Positions 18,568 to 27,217 of a DNA stretch of 64,000 nt are shown here, piece by piece. The first letter of the stretch is position 1, and every line of letters begins with the position of its first letter. The notes under the pieces were generated by a model. The model saw only the letters and a program-made list of their open reading frames with translations, was not told the DNA's origin and did no database searches. Source of the stretch: Myxococcota bacterium (lineage in GTDB: Bacteria > Myxococcota_A > UBA9160 > UBA4427). The position numbers and the translations under genes are program-made. Where the stretch lies: positions 354-64,353 of the forward strand of contig JASMLK010000115.1 of the NCBI GenBank assembly GCA_030748735.1, read 5' to 3'.

Positions 18568-21096
18568 ATGACCATTCGAACCCGTCTCATTGTACTTCTC
18601 CTCATCCCCGTCAGTGGGGTTCTGTACCTGGGCGGCCAGGGCTTGTGGAACTGGCAGAGCCAGGTAAGCGAACTCGGACGCTTGCGGGAGATGACCGGGC
18701 TTGCGGTTGCATCGAGCTCACTCGTTCACGAGCTGCAGAAAGAACGCGGGATGTCGGCCGGCTTTCTCGCGAGCCGCGGTGCGAAGTTCGGAGACGTGAT
18801 CACCGGTCAGCGCGAGCTGTCGACGGCCCGCCTGGCCGAACTCGAAGAAGTGCTCGCTTCGTTGGACCTCACCTCCTATGGCGAAGGTCTGCGTTCGACC
18901 ATCGAAAAGGGAATGGAAGACGTGCAACGCCTTGGCGAGGTACGCGAGCAGGTCTCCGCGCACGAGATCGCCCTGTCCGGAGCCGTGGGGTACTACACGG
19001 GCTTGAACACGGCCTTCATCACCATCGTCGAGGAAATGATCGGCGAAAGCACGAACGCAGCGCTGGCCGGCCAGATCTCGTCGTACTCGAGCTTCCTCCG
19101 GTCGAAGGAACACGCGGGGATCGAGCGCGCGGTGATGAGCGCGACCTTTTCCGCGGATCGCTTCGCACCTGGCATGTACAGGAAGTTGGTCGAACAGGTG
19201 AAGAGCCAGAAGGTCCACGAAGCAAACTTCCTGGGCCTCGCCAGTGCCGGCGATCGGGAGTTCTACTCGCAAACGGTTCAGGGGAGCGTCGTCGACGAAG
19301 TCGAACGCCTACGTTCGATCGGCTTCAAGGACGATGCGCGCAAGAACGTCCTTTCCGACGCCATGCAGCTCGTCGGATACGGCGGCTTGATCCACAACTT
19401 CAAGAACTACGTCATCCGAGGCACGCCCGAGTACAGGGGCAAGGTCGAGAAACAGTATCAGCACCTCGTGAAACAGTTCGACGTGTACAACTCGATGCTC
19501 CCTTCTGACAGCTCGCACAAAGAAGCTGTCGCGACCTACCGAAAGGCCCTCGACGCGTACGCGGACGCCACGCGCATGGTCGCCCAGGCGATCGCAACCG
19601 GCCGCGACCCCCGGCAGATCGATGCCTCGGTCAAGATCGACGACGGGCCCGCGCTCGCCGCACTGGACCACCTGCGCACGACCTCCGGTTTCGGGGTCGA
19701 GGGCCCCGATGCCTTCGCCGCAACCACTGCACGGATCGAACTGCTGCGTGAGGTCGAGATCCACCTCTCGGATGGGCTGGCCGCCAACGCGACAGCGCTC
19801 GAAGGTGAAGCGGCCCTCGCCCGCCTGAAGTTTGCCCTGTTGACCCTGCTGATCGCGGGTATCACGATCGCGGGCGGCGTGTACATCATTCGATCGATCA
19901 TGACGGCGCTCGAAACAATGCGCGCAACCATGGGCGAAATCGCGGCCGGTGATCTCACACGCCCGCTGGATACGAGCCGGGGCGATGAGCTGGGGGACCT
20001 CGCAGGATCGATCAACTGTCTCGTAGAGAACCTGCGGGCCATGCTTCGGAGTGTGGTCACGCAATGCACTTCGCTGGACGCTGCCTCCGACCAGCTCGCC
20101 CACGCGGCCACGGAGATGGCGCACGAGATCAACTCCATGAGCACCGAAAGCAGTGCGGTGTCGGAGAACTCGGCCGAGCTTTCCGAGCATCTCGACCAAC
20201 TCGCACAGGCCGCGCAGGCAACGACGTCCAACATCGGCTCGATGTCGGCTTCGGTCGAAGAGATGTCCACGAACCTGGCCGATGTAACGTCTCGGGTCGG
20301 CGGCGTTTCCCAAGACGTCGTGACCGTCTCTTCGGCGGTCGAAGAGATGAGCACCTCGGCGAATGACGTGTCGATGAAGGCTTCTGAAGCCGCCCGGAAG
20401 ACCGAATCGGCCGTCGCAACGGCCAACGACGCAGAGCGCGCCATGAACGAGCTGGCCGCAACAGCGGCGGACGCGACCGGTATGGTGCAGACGATCGACG
20501 ACATCGCCGGACAGATCAACCTCCTGGCGCTGAACGCCACGATCGAAGCCGCTTCGGCCGGTGAATCGGGCAGAGGCTTCGCGGTCGTCGCGAACGAGGT
20601 GAAGACCCTCGCCGGCCAGACCGCGAGCGCGACCGATGACATTCGCAACCGGATCCAACAGATCCAGCAGAGCACCGAAGCGACGATGGAAGCCATGCGG
20701 GGTAGCTATGAAGTCATCACCAGCACCGGCGAGATTTCCCGGCAGATCGACATGGCGGTAGGCGAACAACGCCAGGCGACGAGCGAGATCGCCGAAACGG
20801 TCGCCCGCACGGCCGAGTCTGCAAGCGCGATCGCAAGAGCCGCCGAAGAATGTTCAATGGGCGCCAACGAAACAGCGCAGCGATCTGGTGAGCTTTCTGC
20901 GGGCGCATCGGAGAGCGCCGGGAGCATTCTTCAGGCGTCCGAGGGTGCCGAAGAGATCACGCGAGCGATCAAGCACGTGAGTTCGGGTCTGTGCAACGTG
21001 AGCGAAGGCGCAGGCAAAGTCGAGCAATCGTCGGTCGACTTGCGCGAGCTGTCGGCGGGGCTGAGCGAAATGGTGACGCGCTTCCGGGTCGACTAG
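18568..21096 (+). CDS. Methyl-accepting chemotaxis protein with an N-terminal NIT (nitrate/nitrite-sensing-type) domain, a second unassigned periplasmic module, HAMP and the MCP signalling domain
   Basis: ORF 18529..21096 with likely start MTIRTRLIVLLL. NIT-like LVHELQKERGMSAGFLAS...EHAGIERA. TM helix, HAMP (GDLTRPLD), and the highly conserved signalling hairpin (IDDIAGQINLLALNATIEAASAGESGRGFAVVANEVKTLA). Confidence 0.85.
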   Translation: MTIRTRLIVLLLIPVSGVLYLGGQGLWNWQSQVSELGRLREMTGLAVASSSLVHELQKERGMSAGFLASRGAKFGDVITGQRELSTARLAELEEVLASLDLTSYGEGLRSTIEKGMEDVQRLGEVREQVSAHEIALSGAVGYYTGLNTAFITIVEEMIGESTNAALAGQISSYSSFLRSKEHAGIERAVMSATFSADRFAPGMYRKLVEQVKSQKVHEANFLGLASAGDREFYSQTVQGSVVDEVERLRSIGFKDDARKNVLSDAMQLVGYGGLIHNFKNYVIRGTPEYRGKVEKQYQHLVKQFDVYNSMLPSDSSHKEAVATYRKALDAYADATRMVAQAIATGRDPRQIDASVKIDDGPALAALDHLRTTSGFGVEGPDAFAATTARIELLREVEIHLSDGLAANATALEGEAALARLKFALLTLLIAGITIAGGVYIIRSIMTALETMRATMGEIAAGDLTRPLDTSRGDELGDLAGSINCLVENLRAMLRSVVTQCTSLDAASDQLAHAATEMAHEINSMSTESSAVSENSAELSEHLDQLAQAAQATTSNIGSMSASVEEMSTNLADVTSRVGGVSQDVVTVSSAVEEMSTSANDVSMKASEAARKTESAVATANDAERAMNELAATAADATGMVQTIDDIAGQINLLALNATIEAASAGESGRGFAVVANEVKTLAGQTASATDDIRNRIQQIQQSTEATMEAMRGSYEVITSTGEISRQIDMAVGEQRQATSEIAETVARTAESASAIARAAEECSMGANETAQRSGELSAGASESAGSILQASEGAEEITRAIKHVSSGLCNVSEGAGKVEQSSVDLRELSAGLSEMVTRFRVD

Positions 21097-21101
21097 CCGA
21101 A

Positions 21102-21133
21102 ACGTCGCCCCGGCCCTCTCGGCCGGGGGACGT
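21102..21133. terminator. GC-rich hairpin between convergent genes (possible bidirectional terminator)
   Basis: ACGTC-G-CCCCGGCC / CTCTC loop / GGCCGGGG-GACGT lies between the MCP stop (21096) and the helicase stop (21151). There is no U-tract, so function is uncertain. Confidence 0.4.
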
Positions 21134-21150
21134 CCGGTAACGCACCCGGA

Positions 21151-22578
21151 CTAGCGATGCGCACTTCCCGATGCGGTGCTTGCACCGCGCGACCTTCCAG
21201 AAGCCTTCTTGCGTCGCGCCGGTCGGCGGCGGCGTGCGGGCTTGGCAGGCTTGTCCGAGGCTTCTCCAGCATCGCGGCTGCGAGGCTTCGCGCTGCGGCT
21301 GGCCTTCTCGGACGTGCCGGACTTCGAACCGTTGCGAGCGCTCCCTCCGCTCCTGCGCGCACGCTGCTTGCGCCGGGGACGACGTCGCTCGGAGTCGAGC
21401 TCGAACGCTTCGTCCTTCGCGCTGCCCGTGCTGTGGTCGCCAGGTGCCTTGCGGATCGGAATCGAAGAGCCGAGCACCTTTTCAGTGCTTCGCACCCAGG
21501 CACGATCACTCGGTGTGACGAAGGTGCATGCCTTGCCCGACGCGTCGGAGCGGCCGGTTCGACCGATGCGATGGGTGTAGGCCTCGGCCGTGTTGGGAAC
21601 ATCGAAGTTCACCACGTAGTCGATGCCCGCGACGTCGAGACCGCGTGCCGCGATGTCGGTCGCGACCAGGACGTCGTACTTCCCTTCACGAAAACCGGCC
21701 ATGGCACGGTCGCGCTGCGCTTGTGACATGTTGCCCTGCAAGGCCACGGCGTTCTTGCCGAGCTTCGCGAGCTGTTGTGCCGTGCGCTTGGCGCGGTGCT
21801 TGGTACGCATGAAGACGATCGCAGTACTGCAATCGGCCGCGGACAGTACGTCCTGCAGGAGTTGGCTCTTCGCACCTTCCTGCACCTTGTGCAGGTAGTG
21901 CTCCACGCGCTCGCTCGGCGCCGAGGGCGCGAGTTCGACGACGTGCGGGTCCGTGAGGACCTGATCCGCAAGAGAACGAATCGCACGCGGCATCGTGGCC
22001 GAGAACAGCAGGTTCTGACGTTTGGCCGGAAGCTTCGCGAGGATCTTCTTGAGATCGGGCAGGAAGCCCATGTCGAACATGTGGTCCGCTTCGTCGAGGA
22101 CCAGGGTATCGACCTGACTCAGGTCGAGGGCTCCGCGATTCAGCAGGTCGAGGACCCGCCCCGGGCAACCCACGACGATGTCGGGGCGCCGCTTCAAGCC
22201 GCGAATGTGCTTCTGGAGTGGAATGCCGCCGAACACCGTAAACGTCGAAACGTTGGTGAACTGGGCGAGCATGCGGATCTCGTCCGCGATCTGGTTGGCG
22301 AGTTCGCGCGTGGGCGCGAGGATGAGGGTTCGAGTGGCCTTCGAGCGCTTTCGGATGTTCCGGTGAAGGATGGGAAGTGCAAAGGCCGCCGTCTTGCCGG
22401 TGCCGGTCTGGGCGAGTCCCATGACGTCACGGCCGTCGAGGCAAGCGGGAATGGTTTCGGTCTGGATCGGTCGCGGCGTCCGGAAATCGGCTGCATCGAG
22501 TGCGTCGAGCAGGGCCGCATTGAGGGAAAAGCTCCCAAATCCGCCTTCGGATTCGGTTTGCGCAATGGCGCTAGACAA
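21151..22578 (-). CDS. DEAD-box ATP-dependent RNA helicase (RhlE-like) with a basic C-terminal tail
   Basis: Motifs Q (F..PRPIQ), I (AQTGTGKT), Ia (PTRELA), DEAD (LVLDEADHMFD), SAT, and VI (HRIGRTGR). The ORF extends to 22644, but the TTG at 22578 is preceded by GGAGA. Confidence 0.9.
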   Translation of the reverse strand: MSSAIAQTESEGGFGSFSLNAALLDALDAADFRTPRPIQTETIPACLDGRDVMGLAQTGTGKTAAFALPILHRNIRKRSKATRTLILAPTRELANQIADEIRMLAQFTNVSTFTVFGGIPLQKHIRGLKRRPDIVVGCPGRVLDLLNRGALDLSQVDTLVLDEADHMFDMGFLPDLKKILAKLPAKRQNLLFSATMPRAIRSLADQVLTDPHVVELAPSAPSERVEHYLHKVQEGAKSQLLQDVLSAADCSTAIVFMRTKHRAKRTAQQLAKLGKNAVALQGNMSQAQRDRAMAGFREGKYDVLVATDIAARGLDVAGIDYVVNFDVPNTAEAYTHRIGRTGRSDASGKACTFVTPSDRAWVRSTEKVLGSSIPIRKAPGDHSTGSAKDEAFELDSERRRPRRKQRARRSGGSARNGSKSGTSEKASRSAKPRSRDAGEASDKPAKPARRRRPARRKKASGRSRGASTASGSAHR

Positions 22579-22995
22579 AGGGTGTCTCCATCGTGCCTGG
22601 GCGGAGTTCTCTCGCCGTACGGCACGTCTTTCCTTCCCGGACAAACAACATCAACCGGGAAGGAGAATCTCGAGCGGCGCGCCACGTTCGAGGTCGTGAA
22701 GGGCGCTGTTGTTACCGCACTAGTTACCGCATCATGGTCGTCGCAGGTGATCGCGACGGGGGACCTGATGCCCTGATGGCGCTCTAGTTAGCCCAGTTCA
22801 TCGGCGAGCGCCATCCGGAGCTGAAGCGGGAGCCCACGCAGGGGCTTATCCCATGCGATTCTGCGCGGTTACCCGGTTGCCTTCTCGGCGGCAACGTCGG
22901 CGGTGCAGCGTGGCAAGCGTCGCCGCAGCCGTGAGCCAACTCACGGTGACCGCGGGTTCGGGGACCGGATCCCCAACTCGCAAGAGGGGAGCGCT

Positions 22996-23457
22996 TCAGC
23001 CTGTCGGTTCAACGACTCGAAACGCGTAGAGCACACGCCCCTTCGCGCATAGCGTGCCCTCAGCGTCGGTGATGTCGACTTCGACATTGGCGAGTTGTCG
23101 GCCGTGCTTCACCACCCTGGCTTCAGCGAAGACGCGATCACCGTGGGCCTGGCGCATGTAGGTGATGCCGAGGTCGGCGGTCCCCGCCGGCACTTGCCCG
23201 GGTCGAAGCTCGGCGAAGATCGCGGCGAGCATCGCGATGTCGACCATCGACGCGAGGACACCACCATGCACGCTCCCGCCGATGCCCTGCGGCGTTTCGG
23301 ACGTCTTCGCCAAGCAGATCCGCGCGTGGCCCGGGCCGCATTCCTCGAGCGTGATCCCGAGCATGCGGTTGAATGGATCGGACTCGAAGCGCCGCTTATA
23401 GGTGCCGAAGTCCGCAGCAGAAGCCAGCGCTGCGCCCGTACTTGCCTGATCCGACAT
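22996..23457 (-). CDS. PaaI-family hotdog-fold thioesterase
   Basis: GSVHGGVLASMVDIAM... and overall length match the PaaI/YdiI thioesterase pattern. Confidence 0.8.
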   Translation of the reverse strand: MSDQASTGAALASAADFGTYKRRFESDPFNRMLGITLEECGPGHARICLAKTSETPQGIGGSVHGGVLASMVDIAMLAAIFAELRPGQVPAGTADLGITYMRQAHGDRVFAEARVVKHGRQLANVEVDITDAEGTLCAKGRVLYAFRVVEPTG

Positions 23458-23510
23458 CCAGACCTCCTCCGCTGCAACTAGACCATATGGAGCCGGTCAC
23501 TCCATATGGT

Positions 23511-24239
23511 CTAGTGCCTGTACTTCTCCGGGTTGCCCAGCATGTAGGCGGGACCGTGTACTTCGTTGATGGCCGCGTTCTCGCCGTACATGCTCTCCTT
23601 CTGCGCCTTGTAGGCCTTACGGTTCGCGGCCAACGGCACGAGTTCTTCAGCGCGCGCTTTCGCGACAGCGAGCAGCTCTTCTGCGCTGGCCGTCTGCTGC
23701 ACCAGGCCGGCCTGCAATGCGGCCGGGCCTGTCCACCGGCGGGCGAGTTGCACGGTTTCGAAGAAGACGTTGGCCGGGAGCTTGTGACGAAACAGGGCCA
23801 GTTCGGGCCGAGGGATCACCATGCCGAGTTGCATCTCGTTTGCACATGCAAAGCCCCGGTCTTCGCGCATCGCGCGTACGTCGTGGCACAACGCGAGCAT
23901 CAGCCCGGCACCGAATGCATGGCCGTTGATCGCGGCGACGCTCGGAACCGGGAGCGTGATGATGCGTCCCATCAGCTTCATGAACTCGTCACCGAATGCC
24001 TTGCGATCGCCACCGGGATGGTCGTCGGGAACGCTCTGAAGGTTGACCCAGTCGAGGTCGAGCCCGTTGGAGAAGAACTTCGGATCGGATGAGGTGGTCA
24101 CCAACGCCGCCGGACCTTCGGAGCCCTCGACCTCGTCGATCGCCTGACTGAACGCACGAACGAAGGTCGTGTTCCAGCGGTTTTGCCCGTCGTTCATCGT
24201 GAGGGTGTAGATGTTTCCGTCGCGCTTCAGATCGATCAA
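23511..24239 (-). CDS. Enoyl-CoA hydratase/isomerase (crotonase) family protein
   Basis: TTG start after AGGAGG. FFSNGLDL, INGHAFGAGLMLALCHD crotonase motifs. Paralogous to 43501..44166. Confidence 0.8.
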   Translation of the reverse strand: MIDLKRDGNIYTLTMNDGQNRWNTTFVRAFSQAIDEVEGSEGPAALVTTSSDPKFFSNGLDLDWVNLQSVPDDHPGGDRKAFGDEFMKLMGRIITLPVPSVAAINGHAFGAGLMLALCHDVRAMREDRGFACANEMQLGMVIPRPELALFRHKLPANVFFETVQLARRWTGPAALQAGLVQQTASAEELLAVAKARAEELVPLAANRKAYKAQKESMYGENAAINEVHGPAYMLGNPEKYRH

Positions 24240-24256
24240 GTTGCCTGCCTCCTGCC

Positions 24257-24292
24257 TTTTGCCGTTTGCCGTTTGCCGTTTGCCTTTTGCAC
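24257..24292. repeat. Five tandem copies of the heptamer TTTGCCN
   Basis: ttttgccg tttgccg tttgccg tttgcct tttgcac, lying 18 nt upstream of the crotonase start (minus strand) in the divergent intergenic region. Confidence 0.8.
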
Positions 24293-24426
24293 CGGGCGCG
24301 GCCGTACTCTACCGCGCCAGCCACTCGGCAGGTCTGGCCGCCAGATTCCCAGATTCTCGTAACTTTCTTCGCCCATCGTACCGATGAGGGGGGAACGAAG
24401 AACACGGCAGAAAGGCGAGCCCCCCA

Positions 24427-24876
24427 GTGAGCACATCCAACCTCTACGAAAGACTCGGTGGCCGACCCGTCATCGAGAAGGTCCACAAGCTCTTTTACGA
24501 CAAGGTCTACGAGCACCCCTGGCTGAAGGGTTACTTCGACGAGATCGACCAGAAGCACATCGAAGCGCAGCAGAGCGACTTCATGGGCCAGGCCTTCGGT
24601 GGGCCCCGGGTCTACCGTGGCAAGGCGGCGAATACCGCCCACAAGCACATCTTCATCGACCGCGAGATCTTCGACCTGCGCCACGCGCTGCTTCGAGAAT
24701 CGATCGAAGAAGCCGGCGTCGCTCCCGAACTGATGGCCGAATGGCTGCGCCTCGACGCGGGGTTCGAGCGAGCGATCGTGAAGCAGAGCGAAGGCGAGTG
24801 CGAGAAGCGCTACGCGAACGAAGACGTGGTCGTGATTCCCAAGCCGCCGGCGAATCACCGTCTCGGGAAGTCGTAG
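24427..24876 (+). CDS. Truncated haemoglobin (group I-like globin)
   Basis: LYERLGGRPVIEKVHKLFYDKVYEHPWLKGYF...HIEAQQSDFMGQAFGGPRVYRG...H matches the trHb pattern. Confidence 0.75.
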   Translation: MSTSNLYERLGGRPVIEKVHKLFYDKVYEHPWLKGYFDEIDQKHIEAQQSDFMGQAFGGPRVYRGKAANTAHKHIFIDREIFDLRHALLRESIEEAGVAPELMAEWLRLDAGFERAIVKQSEGECEKRYANEDVVVIPKPPANHRLGKS

Positions 24877-24903
24877 GGCGAACCGAGCTGGTAACGTGGG
24901 GCC

Positions 24904-25275
24904 ATGAAGTCCCGCGCGCTCAGAACCACCCTACGCGCCCTGCACGTCCTGGCGTTCGGTGCCTACTACGGTGGGCATCTCTTCGTCGACGACCCCACAG
25001 CGCTCACCCCAGCGCTTCTGGCGGTGGTCCTCACCGGCGCGGCGTTCGCGGCGTTCGAGATCGCGCGTGCGCCCGCCTGGGTTCACCAGCTACGAGGCGT
25101 GTGCACGTACCTCAAGGTCGTCTTGCTGTTTCTGTCGGCGGCATTCCCCGAGCAGCGCGTGTTGCTCCTCACGCTGATCGTGATCCTCGGCGTGGTGGTC
25201 AGCCACGCACCGAGCGACTTCCGTTACTACTCGGTGCGCGACCGCCGCGTGATTCCGACCCACGGCAAAGGGTGA
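24904..25275 (+). CDS. Hypothetical membrane protein (about 4 TM helices)
   Basis: 123-aa hydrophobic ORF downstream of the globin gene. No family recognised. Confidence 0.5.
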   Translation: MKSRALRTTLRALHVLAFGAYYGGHLFVDDPTALTPALLAVVLTGAAFAAFEIARAPAWVHQLRGVCTYLKVVLLFLSAAFPEQRVLLLTLIVILGVVVSHAPSDFRYYSVRDRRVIPTHGKG

Positions 25276-25296
25276 GAGCCTGGTTGGGTCTGGCGC

Positions 25297-26334
25297 TCAC
25301 CACGCCGCACGGTGATCTTCGGCCCAACCGACCAGATGTTCGACTTCGACAGCCTGCCCCGTCGCATCGCGCACCACCCCCTGGTAGTGGCCGAACATCT
25401 GGTGCACCTCGGAGCGAACGATCAACGCATTCGTCGTGGCGACGCGCTCGAGCATGGGCGTGAACTCGAGGTCGATCGCCTGCGCATCGGGCGTGCGAAT
25501 CTTCCAGGGCTTCATCCAGTCGCGGGTGTCGTACTCCCAGACGAGATCCTCATCCACTTTCGTGAGGTCACCGTCGATGCACAGCGCGTTCTCGGTCGCG
25601 CCGGTCCCGTCGGTCCACTTGCCTCCGAGGTTGAGGCCGACGGTGCGGTCGCCCTCGCGGCCTGACGCCGCTCCCCAGTTCCAGGCGCAGCGATACGGCC
25701 AGACGCCCCTTCCGTAGTCGAGGCAGGCGAACGCCTGGGGTCCTTCGAAACGGACCTCCTGGGCGCCTTCACTGCCCCCAGCCCCCAGTCGGACGGACCC
25801 GATCGTCGGCAGCGTGTTGTGTTTGGCGGTGAACTGGAAGTGGCGGTCATCCCAGGGGACGACGACGTTCAGAGTGTCGTGGCCCTCGGGATAGGAAACG
25901 ACGAAGTCCGCACGCAGACCGCGTCCCATGAAGCCCGGCATTTCGACTTCGTGCCTGACCCGATGTCCGTCGGGCCCGTCGCTGTGGAGCATCGAGATGG
26001 CGAGCCCGCACCGCCCGAACTGCACATCCGCGTCGACCGTTTCGGGCAGATCGAAGCCTCGGGCAAGGGGCACGAGAACCGTCTCCTCGTGGAACGCACC
26101 CCTATCGAAGTCGACCAGGTAGATGAAAGCGAGCCCCGCGTAGCCGATGTCGGAGACGGTTACGGAAAACAAGTGGGTCTGTGTCGTAATCGCCCAGTAG
26201 TTCCACTTCTTCTGCCTCAGGCGCGACGCCCCGTTGAGCGCACAGCCATGAAGCGGCCGACGAGACCAGCCAACGGCTGCGCGATTCAGGCCCTTCGCAC
26301 CACAGAGGTCGACAGATGAAGTCAGCTCAACCAT
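25297..26334 (-). CDS. DUF2804-like protein
   Basis: KKWNYWAITTQTHLFSVTVSDIGYAGLAFIYLVDFD... matches my recollection of DUF2804. Confidence 0.65.
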   Translation of the reverse strand: MVELTSSVDLCGAKGLNRAAVGWSRRPLHGCALNGASRLRQKKWNYWAITTQTHLFSVTVSDIGYAGLAFIYLVDFDRGAFHEETVLVPLARGFDLPETVDADVQFGRCGLAISMLHSDGPDGHRVRHEVEMPGFMGRGLRADFVVSYPEGHDTLNVVVPWDDRHFQFTAKHNTLPTIGSVRLGAGGSEGAQEVRFEGPQAFACLDYGRGVWPYRCAWNWGAASGREGDRTVGLNLGGKWTDGTGATENALCIDGDLTKVDEDLVWEYDTRDWMKPWKIRTPDAQAIDLEFTPMLERVATTNALIVRSEVHQMFGHYQGVVRDATGQAVEVEHLVGWAEDHRAAW

Positions 26335-26503
26335 CGACGTGATGTCCCGAACCGAGAGGTTTCTTGCTTGGGTTTGTGTTGGTCACGCGGAGACATGAGA
26401 CGAATACCCAGGATAGAAGCAGATTCGTCCATGTCGACTGGATCTCTCTCCGACACCTGCAGCCACTCGGGCATGGCACCGCCGAGGTCGGTAGCCTCTC
26501 GGC

Positions 26504-27187
26504 ATGCTCGAAGAGTTCGGCCCCTCCCTCTACGTCGCCGAAGGCCCCGTGGTGTCCTTCTATGGCTTCCCCTACCCCACGCGGATGGCGGTCGCCCGGC
26601 TCGCGGACGGCAGTGCCTGGGTGTGGTCGCCAGTCGAACTCGACGACGAACTCGCGACGGCCGTCGAAGGCATCGGTCCGGTTCACCACATCGTGTCGCC
26701 GAACAAGATCCACCACCTCTTCTTGTCGCAATGGGCCGACCGCTGGCCCGACGCTCGCCTCTACGCCCCCCCTGGCCTCGCGAGTCGACGCAGCGACCTG
26801 CACTTCGACGCCGAACTCGGCGACGAAGCCGCCCCCGCATGGGCAGACGACATCGACCAGGTCGTCTTCCACGGCTCGTTCGCGATGGAAGAGGTGATGT
26901 TCTTCCACCGGGCCTCCGGCACGGCGATCGTCTGCGACCTGGTGCAGCGCCACCCCGAAGCCGACATGACCGGCTGGAAGGGTGCGTTGATGCGACTCGA
27001 CGGGCTGGTGGGCGAACACGGCAGTACGCCGCGCGAATGGCGGGCGAGTTTCTTGAAACGCCGCCTCGCGCGAAGCGCGCGCGAGGAGGTGTTGCGTTGG
27101 AAGGCCGATCGACTGCTCATCGCGCACGGCACGTGCGCGCAGTCGAATGCAAGCGAGATCCTCGCTGACGCATTGGCCTGGATGTAG
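26504..27187 (+). CDS. DUF4336-like (metallo-beta-lactamase-fold-related) protein
   Basis: GPVHHIVSPNKIHHLFLSQWADRWPDARLYAPPGL... matches my recollection of DUF4336. Confidence 0.65.
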   Translation: MLEEFGPSLYVAEGPVVSFYGFPYPTRMAVARLADGSAWVWSPVELDDELATAVEGIGPVHHIVSPNKIHHLFLSQWADRWPDARLYAPPGLASRRSDLHFDAELGDEAAPAWADDIDQVVFHGSFAMEEVMFFHRASGTAIVCDLVQRHPEADMTGWKGALMRLDGLVGEHGSTPREWRASFLKRRLARSAREEVLRWKADRLLIAHGTCAQSNASEILADALAWM

Positions 27188-27217
27188 CCACGAAGACGAA
27201 GCCGGGCGCTCCCCGTA

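Noticed and set aside
24874-24906. The globin ORF and the following membrane ORF are in the same frame, so stop-codon read-through or Sec was considered.
   Set aside because: The intervening stops are TAG and TAA, not TGA. There is no motif continuity across the gap.
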